Assembly (NCBI GenBank): GCA_002352545.1
Contig: DEIO01000026.1
Span: 4,099-68,098 of the forward strand
Source of the DNA: Patescibacteria group bacterium UBA2772
GTDB taxonomy: Bacteria; Patescibacteriota; Minisyncoccia; Moranbacterales; DUUL01
DNA length: 64,000 bases
Direction: 5' to 3'
The notes beneath the pieces were generated by a model that saw only the letters and a list, made by a program, of their open reading frames with translations, had not been told where the DNA came from and did not search any database. This document shows positions 38,511 through 46,629 of this stretch, piece after piece. Position 1 is the stretch's first letter, and the number at the start of each line of letters is the position of its first letter. A program made the position numbers and the translations under genes.

Positions 38511-38577
38511 TGGCACTATGGGGACCCCCAAACCTCTCCCATGCCATGAAAGTACTTTACCAACTGAGCTATATCCC
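38511..38577 (-). other. aberrant tRNA-like sequence (5' two-thirds tRNA-like, GGC anticodon; no canonical T-arm or acceptor closure)
   Basis: Reverse complement GGGATATAGCTCAGTTGGTAAAGTACTTTCATGGCATGGGAGAGGTTTGGGGGTCCCCATAGTGCCA. It has a D-loop consensus AGCTCAGTTGGTA and an anticodon arm CTTTC-ATGGCAT-GGGAG, but there is no GTTCRANYC T-loop and no 3' strand complementary to GGGATAT. Confidence 0.3.
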
Positions 38578-38807
38578 TAAAAATATAGAGTTTTTTGAAT
38601 TTTGTACTTTTCTTCTAAAAATTCCTATCTTTCCCTTTTAATCATATATACAACAAAATAGATAAAAAATCAAATCTTTTCTCAAACATTTTTCAAAATT
38701 TATAAAAAACCTTATTTCTTTATTTATCTAAATATATTGCTCTTTTATTCTTTGTTTATAGTATTATTCTTTGTTTAATGAATTTATACTCTATTATTAA
38801 CCCTTCC

Positions 38808-39155
38808 ATGTTTCACGTGGAACAGTTAATACTTCTATTTACGTTGTTCCACATGGAACAACTTGTTTTATTTATCTTCCTCCCAATAATTTCTGGATTT
38901 TCTAAACTTAACATGTTCCACGTGAAACATGTTAAATTTGTTTTTATGTTGTTCCACGTGAAACAGTAAAGAATTAATTTTATGTTACTCCACGTTAAAC
39001 AATACATTTCATTAACAACTCCTTTTTCCTTTCGTTATTTACTTGCTCCATAAAGAACAAGTAAATAACTTCTTTTTTTTTGATGTTCCACATGGAACAG
39101 TTTAATCAACAAAAGAGTATTGCTTTGCTTAATGATATTATGTTCCACATGGAAC
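38808..39155. repeat. array of parS (ParB-binding centromere) palindromes
   Basis: 16-mers are TGTTTCACGTGGAACA 38808-38823, TGTTCCACATGGAACA 38844-38859, TGTTCCACGTGAAACA 38913-38928 and 38949-38964, and TGTTCCACATGGAACA 39083-39098 and 39140-39155. Degenerate copies lie at about 38983-39000 and 39043-39058. Three copies equal the classical consensus TGTTNCACGTGAAACA on one strand or the other. Confidence 0.8.
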
Positions 39156-39462
39156 ATAATATATTTGTAATCTTATATTCAATATTTTTATTGCTTATTA
39201 TTTTTTTTATAAAATGACTGTTGTTTTTTGTCAACTCTTTTAAACACCTTTTTTAAACCTTTTTATAGAATTTTTATTTATATTTTGATGTTTTGTTTTG
39301 TTTTATTGACAAAAAACTATATTTATGTCTTGACAAAACAAAGGCTATTGATAGTCTTAAAATAAGAAGTTCTTTCACATTGTTTTGTAAAAAATTTAAA
39401 ACGCTTACCAAAGCAACATTAACATATCTACGTTGGCTTAAAATCAACAAAAGGAGCTTGTT

Positions 39463-40347
39463 ATGACGAAAAAATTATTTTTTCTTTTAACCATGATTAT
39501 CGTCGGGTCTCTTTCCTTTGGAAACATGGCTCAAGCTAAATCTTTTAAAAAAATCATAACTGGTGCAACTTGGATGGCCGTTACGCCAAACTCTGATACT
39601 GGTTTGTGGGAATTTCGAAGAAATGGGGAGATGTTTAGTAATTTTGAATTTGATGTCAAATTCAAAATTGAAAATTCTCAACTCTTCTTAATGCGCAAAA
39701 AAGGGCCAAAAAGGGGAACTTACTTGAGATTTAATCTTCAAAAAAGGGGCGATCTTATTTATATATCATGGACCTCAGGTAAACCCTTTCTGTCGTTACA
39801 TCCTTGTCCAAACGGTTTTAAGGAACTGACGTTGGCCTCAAAAGAAGAAAATGGAAGAAAAAAGCTTTCTTTGGCCAAAAAATCCTTAAAAAAATCGTCT
39901 GATCCCTTTATTCAAAGAAAGGTTGCTCAACTTCTTTTTGACAATAATTATTTTAAAGACGCTCGGGATGTTTTCCTTAAATTGGGTGAAACAGAGAAAA
40001 TTGCTGCTTGTAATATTATGTATATAGCAACAACTAGAAAGATTCCTCGTGGGGTCAATATAGAATCTGCTGCTAAAACATTTTGGGCTGCCAATGCTGC
40101 CAATCACCCGTCACTTGAAGTTTTCTACTTAAGAGCTGAAGCAATCGCCTATGCCTGCGCTATTACTGGAAAGCACAAAAAAGCTCATGAGTATCAGGCG
40201 TCACTTTATCGTCAAGCAGAAAGATTTAAAATCCTAAAGGCAAGGGAGATGAAAAAAGCTGGGATTAATATCCCTAGAATTGTACAAACTATGCACCAAT
40301 ATGAAAAAGGGAATTGTCCAAAGAAGTTCGATATGAGTGGTATTTAA
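39463..40347 (+). CDS. hypothetical secreted protein (signal peptide)
   Basis: 294-aa ORF. Signal peptide LFFLLTMIIVGSLSFGNMAQA. A hairpin+T-run terminator lies at 40369-40408. No family recognised. Confidence 0.5.
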   Translation: MTKKLFFLLTMIIVGSLSFGNMAQAKSFKKIITGATWMAVTPNSDTGLWEFRRNGEMFSNFEFDVKFKIENSQLFLMRKKGPKRGTYLRFNLQKRGDLIYISWTSGKPFLSLHPCPNGFKELTLASKEENGRKKLSLAKKSLKKSSDPFIQRKVAQLLFDNNYFKDARDVFLKLGETEKIAACNIMYIATTRKIPRGVNIESAAKTFWAANAANHPSLEVFYLRAEAIAYACAITGKHKKAHEYQASLYRQAERFKILKAREMKKAGINIPRIVQTMHQYEKGNCPKKFDMSGI

Positions 40348-40368
40348 AACAATGTTTTGGTAAGTGTT

Positions 40369-40408
40369 GGGGTCTCTGTATTATTATTTACGGAGACTCT
40401 TTTCTTTT
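40369..40408 (+). terminator. intrinsic terminator
   Basis: GGGTCTC..loop..GAGACTC followed by TTTTCTTTTC, 22 nt after the stop of 39463-40347. Confidence 0.55.
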
Positions 40409-40409
40409 C

Positions 40410-40481
40410 TTGACATCTTTTCTTGACAAAAAATATATTTAGCAGTAGGTTTTTATTCTACTTTTCCACACTTTGTCCACA
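40410..40481 (+). promoter_or_regulatory. putative dnaA promoter with DnaA-box-like motifs
   Basis: TTGACA 40410-40415, 18-nt spacer, TATATT 40434-40439. TTTTCCACA at 40462-40470 fits TTWTNCACA, and TTGTCCACA at 40473-40481 has one mismatch. About 70 nt upstream of dnaA. Confidence 0.5.
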
Positions 40482-40550
40482 ATCTTTAAGCTTTTTAAAT
40501 TGATAAAAGGTTAAAACTACTCTACAATGAGAAAAGATATTAACTAAAGA

Positions 40551-41951
40551 ATGATTATTATGACCAACGAAGAGCTGTGGCAAGCTGTGTTGGGGGAGAT
40601 GGAGCTATCAATTTCTAAGGCTAGTTTTACTACATGGTTTAAAAATACCTCTATTTTTGGTATTTCAGAAAATCTAATTGTTATTTCCGTTCCTAATATA
40701 TTCGCAAAAGAATGGCTTGAAAAAAAATACAAAGAAAACTTATTAAAAGCCATCAGACAATATGATACAAAAATAACATCCCTCTCTTGTAAAATAGGCA
40801 ATTCAGAAAATAATATAGTTTCTTCAACTAATAAAGAATCCTCTTCTGACCAAAATATCAGAAGAACGATAGATATTAGAAAATCTTTTATAAATAAACC
40901 TATACAGAAAAGACCTAACTCTTATAGATCTAATTTAAACAAACGTTATTCTTTTGAAAGTTTTGTTGTAGGTAGTAATAATGAATTGGCTTATGCTGCT
41001 TGCCGTTCAATCGCCGAGTCTCCTGGTAAAAACTACAATCCTTTGTTTATTTATGGTGGTGTTGGTCTGGGAAAAACCCATTTACTTCAATCAACAGGAA
41101 ATTATGCTTTAGAAATAAATCCCGATATCAAAATTCGTTATGTGAGTATGGAACGCTTCACAAATGAATTGGTTGATGCTATTCAAAAATCTCGTGCTAA
41201 GGAGTTTAAAAACAACTATATTGACTTAGATATACTTATTTTAGATGATGTTCAGTTTTTAGCAGGAAAAGAAAAGACACAGGAAGAATTTTTTCATATA
41301 TTTGAATCTTTATATCACTTAGGTAAACAAATAATACTAAGTTCTGATAGAGCTCCTAAATCAATTCCTACGATAGAAGATCGTTTGAGATCTCGTTTTG
41401 AAGGAGGAATGATGGCTGATGTTAATAAGCCTGACCTTGAAACTAGAATAGCTATTATTAATAAGAAACTAACAGAAAAGAATTCTTCCTTACCAGAAAA
41501 TGTCGTAGAATATCTAGCTACCAATATTTATCATAATGTTAGAGAACTAGAAGGTGCTTTAAATAAAATTATTGTCACTTTTCAACTAAGAAATACCATC
41601 CCCACAATAGAAGATGTTACTGAATTAACTAGAGATGTTATTTCAGTTAACAGACAAAAAAATCTAACTACATCTAAGATAATAAAATCAGTTTCTGATT
41701 TTTATGATGTTAAACTAGAAGAGGTTATTGGTAAATCTAGACAGAAAAAAATTGTTAAACCTAGACAAATTAGTGTTTATTTTTTAAGACAAGAGTTAAA
41801 TCTATCTTTTCCTGAAATAGGGAAGGTATTAGGTGGTAGAGATCATTCAACGGCTATATATGCTTATGAAAAAATAACGAAGGAATTAGAAAATAATCTT
41901 TTATTAAAAGATCAACTTAAGTTTATTAAAGAGAAATTCATCGAATATTAG
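40551..41951 (+). CDS. dnaA: chromosomal replication initiator DnaA
   Basis: N-terminal WQAVLGEM..SFTTWF, AAA+ Walker A GGVGLGKTHLL, Walker B ILILDDVQF, and DNA-binding domain ..GGRDHSTAIYAYEKI. The start may be the MTNEELW Met three codons downstream. Confidence 0.95.
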   Translation: MIIMTNEELWQAVLGEMELSISKASFTTWFKNTSIFGISENLIVISVPNIFAKEWLEKKYKENLLKAIRQYDTKITSLSCKIGNSENNIVSSTNKESSSDQNIRRTIDIRKSFINKPIQKRPNSYRSNLNKRYSFESFVVGSNNELAYAACRSIAESPGKNYNPLFIYGGVGLGKTHLLQSTGNYALEINPDIKIRYVSMERFTNELVDAIQKSRAKEFKNNYIDLDILILDDVQFLAGKEKTQEEFFHIFESLYHLGKQIILSSDRAPKSIPTIEDRLRSRFEGGMMADVNKPDLETRIAIINKKLTEKNSSLPENVVEYLATNIYHNVRELEGALNKIIVTFQLRNTIPTIEDVTELTRDVISVNRQKNLTTSKIIKSVSDFYDVKLEEVIGKSRQKKIVKPRQISVYFLRQELNLSFPEIGKVLGGRDHSTAIYAYEKITKELENNLLLKDQLKFIKEKFIEY

Positions 41952-42228
41952 TCTGTGCATAAACTTGTTAATAACTTGTTTATTTCTTGTTATTTGCCTG
42001 TTAGGTTACTTAATAACATTCTGTTAATAATTATATTGAAAATTCAATAATTAGTTAAAAATTGAGTTTTCAACAAAATTACTAACATGATTTATACTTT
42101 TTATCTTGAATTTAATACACAGAAAAAAGTTATTGAATAAGGTATTAACTATGGTTTTCAACAGATCTTGTTACTTAATATATAATAATAGTAATTATAT
42201 AAAGAATAATATTAAATAATTATAAAAA

Positions 42229-43377
42229 ATGAAATTTACATGTAAAACGGTTAATCTAAGAGAGGGGATATCAAAGGTAGAAAGAATTGTTTCAAAACAA
42301 ACAACTTTGCCAATATTGGGAAATATTTTAATATCATCAGAAAAAGGTAGATTAGTATTAGCTGCAACTAATCTAGAAATTGCAATTAAGGTTTATATTG
42401 GAGCAAAAATTGAAAATGAAGGGAGTATAACTATACCAGCAAGAATAATTGGTGGTTTTCTAAACACAATTAAGGATGAAGTTGTTTCTGGTGAGCTAGA
42501 AGGATCGGAACTTAAAATTACAACTGAAAACCACAAGATAAAAATAAAAGGAATTGATGCAAAAGATTTTCCTATTATTCCAGATGTTCCTGATGAAGCA
42601 TTTTTTTCAATCAAATCAGAAAAATTAAACAAAGCAATTTCAGGTGTACTTGTTTCAGTTGCGCATAACGATACAAGACAAGAGCTTAATGGCGTTTTAA
42701 TGAAACTTAAGGATAAATCAATTACACTAGCTTCAACAGATAGTTTTAAATTGACAGAAATAGATATTAAGGGCATAGAAGTCGAAGATGAAGTTAGTTT
42801 TGAAAATTTTAGAGAAAAAAAATCATCAATTATAATTCCAGCTTTAGCACTTATGGAGGTACAAAGGGTTGCAAAGGATGAGGATATTAATATGGTAGTT
42901 GAACAAAATCAATTATTTATTAGCACTAGTGAAATTAAAATTGTTTCAAGATTAATAAATGGAAACTATCCTGAATACAAACAGGTTATTCCAAAAAAGT
43001 TTGATATTGAAGTTGAAATAGAAAAGGAAAAGTTAATTAACGCAGTAAAAATTGCTTCATTAGTTACAAATTCACAAAATGGGGAAGTTAATTTTCAAAG
43101 TACAAAAGAACTTGATGCACTTCTTATTACTGCTCAATCAATGGATTCTGGAGATAATCTATCTAAGATCCCAGCAAAAATAACAGGTGTTGAATTTGAT
43201 ATTTTTTTTAATTGTCGTTTTATACTTGAAGGATTATCGAGTGTTTTATTTGATTGCGAAAAGATTTTAATCAATCTAAATAAACAAAAATCACCTGTTA
43301 TGTTCAGGAAGATAAAAACAAAAGGTGAAATTGATGAATCTTTTTCTTATACTATTATGCCAATAGTTAAATCATAA
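42229..43377 (+). CDS. dnaN: DNA polymerase III beta sliding clamp
   Basis: 382 aa. N-terminus MKFTC..L..GISKVERIVSKQTTLPILGNILI, three-domain length, position after dnaA. Confidence 0.9.
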   Translation: MKFTCKTVNLREGISKVERIVSKQTTLPILGNILISSEKGRLVLAATNLEIAIKVYIGAKIENEGSITIPARIIGGFLNTIKDEVVSGELEGSELKITTENHKIKIKGIDAKDFPIIPDVPDEAFFSIKSEKLNKAISGVLVSVAHNDTRQELNGVLMKLKDKSITLASTDSFKLTEIDIKGIEVEDEVSFENFREKKSSIIIPALALMEVQRVAKDEDINMVVEQNQLFISTSEIKIVSRLINGNYPEYKQVIPKKFDIEVEIEKEKLINAVKIASLVTNSQNGEVNFQSTKELDALLITAQSMDSGDNLSKIPAKITGVEFDIFFNCRFILEGLSSVLFDCEKILINLNKQKSPVMFRKIKTKGEIDESFSYTIMPIVKS

Positions 43378-43384
43378 TTATTAG

Positions 43385-43672
43385 ATGAAAAGTTTTAATT
43401 CACTCTTAAAAAAAAGAGTTCAAAATACAAAAAAACTTTCTTTTGATATTCATATTATAAAACAAACAACAGATTTTGTTATTGAGGATATGTTTGGAGA
43501 AATTGGTAAAAAATATATAAAAGTTAAGGACTGGAAGGACGGTGTCCTTGTTTTAGCTGTTTCTAAGTCTGTTTGGAGAAATGAAATTTTTTTAGTAAAA
43601 AATAAACTAAGGTTTGAAATTAATAAAAAGATAAAACAAAATATTGTAAAATTTATAAAAATAAATAAATGA
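43385..43672 (+). CDS. DUF721 (DciA-like) protein
   Basis: 95 aa. The pattern DGVLVLAVSKSVWRNEIFLVKNKLRFEINKKI..IVKFIKI matches the DUF721 signature (L.v.v.ss.w..EL......l...ln......i.f). Position directly after dnaN. Confidence 0.55.
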   Translation: MKSFNSLLKKRVQNTKKLSFDIHIIKQTTDFVIEDMFGEIGKKYIKVKDWKDGVLVLAVSKSVWRNEIFLVKNKLRFEINKKIKQNIVKFIKINK

Positions 43673-45300
43673 AAATAATTAAAAAAATTGGTAAAATTAT
43701 AAATTTTTTAGAAAATGGTCCAATTACAGTAAAAACATTTTTAATCTCATTTTCTGCTGTAGTTGCAGTGAGATATATTATTGAAAATATTCTATTTGGT
43801 TTTCAAAATTATTCCTTTGCTTTTATTATTGGTTCCATGATACAGGGGACTTTTTTATTTTTTTTGATGGCAAGTATTACTATATTAACCTTTCTTGTAT
43901 TTTTTACTAAAGAGAGAATTTCTAAGTTAGCTAATATAATTCTTTGGGGGCAATGGTTGATTGTCTTACCTCCAATTATTGATAAAATAATTTTCAAATC
44001 AGAAAGTTTCTGGAGTTTCTATATTTTTGATAGTGTAGTTGGTTTATTTAAAAGATTTTTTACTTTTTTTGGAAACAATCCATCATTTGGAATAACTTAT
44101 GGTACAAGAATAGAGATTCTCTTAGCTATAATAGGGATAGGTTTTTATGTAGGTTTTAAAAAGAGAAGTTTTTCAAAGGGCTTATTGGCACTATTTTTTA
44201 CATATATTATATTATATACATTCGCAGTTTTCCCTAGTTTATTAACATTTATTATAAAAGGTTTTTCTGGTAGTGATATTTTTAAACTTCAAGGAGCTGA
44301 TGTTGCTGCCCAGTTTTTAACATCTCTTGAAATTTTTGATTTTGCCAAGAAACCAGCAAAAATAGCGCTTCATTTTAGAGCTTCGCTTTTTTATACAGTG
44401 GTTTTATTTGGAAATTTACTATTTTTACAGTTTATTTTAAACAAAAAAAGATTTTTAGCATTGTTAAAGAACGTAAGATATCCACAAATGTTCTTTAATT
44501 ATGGGCTTTTTTTTGTGGGACTTGCTATGGGTTGTTTTTATTTTAAAAGAAACATTTCCTTTGATGTCTTTGGTGTCTTGGTCGTTGTTAATTTGATAAT
44601 ATCAATTTTCTCTGCTTGGTTCTATTCTGTATTTGTTAATGATTTGATGGATATGGAAATTGACAAAATCACAAATAAGGAAAGACCTCTAATTAAAAAA
44701 ATATTTAACAAAGAGGAATATAGAGAATATGAGTTTGTTTTTATGGGGATGGCACTGCTAACAGCTATTGTTGTTGGGTCAAAGTTTTTCTTGATCATAA
44801 CAGTTTATCTTTTGATTACCTGGGTTTATTCATGTTATCCATTTAGACTTAAAAGGGTAATATTTGTTTCCAGTGTAGTTTCTGCTGGAGCATCTATCTT
44901 GTTTCTTTTTATGGGGTTCATTGTTTTATCAGACAACCAATCTCTTATAGGTTTTCCATGGAGAATAGGAATCTTTCTGTTAGTCGTTTACATAATACTC
45001 ATTCCAATTAAGGATCTAAAAGATATAGAAGGCGACAAGAAAAATCATATTTCTACAATTCCAATTTTATTAGGGGAAGATAATGCTAGATTTGTCTTTG
45101 GGATAGCACTTTTTATTAGTTATATTGGATCAGTTCTTGTTCTGAATGAGAAAAAACTGTGGTTTTCAGCAATAATTTTTGGCTCTATTAATTATTGGTT
45201 GCTAAATAACAAAAAAATAAAAATAAAGCATATAAACTGGTCTATTCTAGGGGCGGTTTTTATTTATGGAGTTTTACTTGTGGCTATTTCCTTTTTTTAA
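43669..45300 (+). CDS. UbiA-family prenyltransferase with ~300-aa N-terminal polytopic extension
   Basis: The C-terminal half carries both Asp-rich motifs (NDLMDMEIDKITNKERPL and DLKDIEGDKKNHISTIP). The N-terminal half has several extra TM helices. The start overlaps the DUF721 stop (ATGA). Confidence 0.65.
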   Translation: MKIIKKIGKIINFLENGPITVKTFLISFSAVVAVRYIIENILFGFQNYSFAFIIGSMIQGTFLFFLMASITILTFLVFFTKERISKLANIILWGQWLIVLPPIIDKIIFKSESFWSFYIFDSVVGLFKRFFTFFGNNPSFGITYGTRIEILLAIIGIGFYVGFKKRSFSKGLLALFFTYIILYTFAVFPSLLTFIIKGFSGSDIFKLQGADVAAQFLTSLEIFDFAKKPAKIALHFRASLFYTVVLFGNLLFLQFILNKKRFLALLKNVRYPQMFFNYGLFFVGLAMGCFYFKRNISFDVFGVLVVVNLIISIFSAWFYSVFVNDLMDMEIDKITNKERPLIKKIFNKEEYREYEFVFMGMALLTAIVVGSKFFLIITVYLLITWVYSCYPFRLKRVIFVSSVVSAGASILFLFMGFIVLSDNQSLIGFPWRIGIFLLVVYIILIPIKDLKDIEGDKKNHISTIPILLGEDNARFVFGIALFISYIGSVLVLNEKKLWFSAIIFGSINYWLLNNKKIKIKHINWSILGAVFIYGVLLVAISFF

Positions 45301-45411
45301 ATTTTGCATAAATAGAAAGTGTGTTATAATCAAAACAAGTTTGAGAAACATACTTAAATTATTTTGATGTAAGTGTTGTTTACATCAATCATCAAAAAAA
45401 AATAAAAATAA

Positions 45412-46599
45412 ATGAAAAATAACAATATTTTAGGATTATTAAACAGAAAAAAGGTTGTTTTTTTTGTTATCTTTGCTTTTGCATGGTTCCAGTTTTCTCT
45501 TGCAGATGAAAACACATTAAATCGTTTTGAGGATTCAGATGGCGATGATTTATCAAATCAAGAAGAACAAGCAATTGAAACAGATCCAAATAATGCAGAT
45601 ACAGATGGCGATGGCTGGTCTGATGGTGTTGAGTTTAAGAGTGGTTTTGACCCTTTAGTAAAAGACGGAGCAGAAAGTGAACCTGTATTAGGTGAAAGTG
45701 AAGAAGTGAAAACAAATAAAGAAGATGTCTTAGTGGAAGCTACTAATGAAGATGAAAACAAAGGTGAGAGTCCTACAAATACCAAAGAGTCTAATACTGA
45801 AGACGAAGACGCTGGTGAAGTTGATGAAGAGGCTAATGCAACAGTAATTCTTAAGGAAGAGACCAATAAAGTTAAACCAAAAGAGGTAGACTTTTTAAAA
45901 GAGGTTGCTGTTAATAAAGAAATCTTAGAAACAATTGCAGAATCTGGTGAAAATGAAAAATATTCATTAACAGAAGATGAAGTTAAAGATATTGTTGCTA
46001 CAACAATTCAAAAAGCTAATCTTGGTCAGGAATTAGAAATAATTCCTGAAGAAGAATTAAATATTCAAGAAGAAGTTACTGGAGATGATGAAGTGAGTCT
46101 TGAAGAGGAAAAAAAGAATGTTGAAGAATATTTTGTAAAGGTAGGATATATTATTTTTGAAGAAGCTCCTTTTCTTTTCAAAGATAGCGGTAATATGGTT
46201 GGCGTAGCCACAACCCTTATCACAGGAATGGGAAATGATATGGAGGATGGTGAATCTTCGAACATAACAGATATAAAAAGTAAGACAGGTGCTATATATG
46301 AAAAAGTGAAAGAACTAGAAGTCCCATATGTTCTGAAAGATATTCATAAAATAGGACTTTCTTTACAGAAATATATGCTTGGACAAGACGAAACACTTAC
46401 AACAGACAAAGACGATCCTGTTGCTCTAACATCAATGCTTGGGAAAATACAAGCTGTTATGTCAGAAGCAGATGTGTTAGGTGAGGATACATTAGGAATT
46501 TTAGATCAATTTGATATAGATGCCTTTGATATTTCAGATATAACAGGCTCTGTTGATATGCAGGAAATGATGGATACATCATCTATGTATGGTTTGTAA
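45412..46599 (+). CDS. secreted, highly acidic protein with thrombospondin-type-3-like Ca-binding repeats
   Basis: Signal/TM segment VVFFVIFAFAWFQFSLA, then DSDGDDLSNQEEQAIETDPNNADTDGDGWSDGVE, then a long E/D-rich linker. Confidence 0.55.
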   Translation: MKNNNILGLLNRKKVVFFVIFAFAWFQFSLADENTLNRFEDSDGDDLSNQEEQAIETDPNNADTDGDGWSDGVEFKSGFDPLVKDGAESEPVLGESEEVKTNKEDVLVEATNEDENKGESPTNTKESNTEDEDAGEVDEEANATVILKEETNKVKPKEVDFLKEVAVNKEILETIAESGENEKYSLTEDEVKDIVATTIQKANLGQELEIIPEEELNIQEEVTGDDEVSLEEEKKNVEEYFVKVGYIIFEEAPFLFKDSGNMVGVATTLITGMGNDMEDGESSNITDIKSKTGAIYEKVKELEVPYVLKDIHKIGLSLQKYMLGQDETLTTDKDDPVALTSMLGKIQAVMSEADVLGEDTLGILDQFDIDAFDISDITGSVDMQEMMDTSSMYGL

Positions 46600-46629
46600 A
46601 TCTACTTAAAATATTTATACAGATATAAA

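Noticed and set aside
38778-39007. ORFs 38778-38969 (+) and 38813-39007 (-) from the six-frame track
   Set aside because: They run through the parS palindrome array on opposite strands. Their repetitive MFHVEQ / CFTWN peptides are simply translations of the repeated 16-mers. They have no RBS context and no family resemblance.
38780-39180. Possible CRISPR array or MITE-like repeat cluster
   Set aside because: The repeat unit is only 16 bp and palindromic. Spacing is irregular (34-100 bp), there is no cas gene or leader, and the unit matches the parS consensus, which explains it better.
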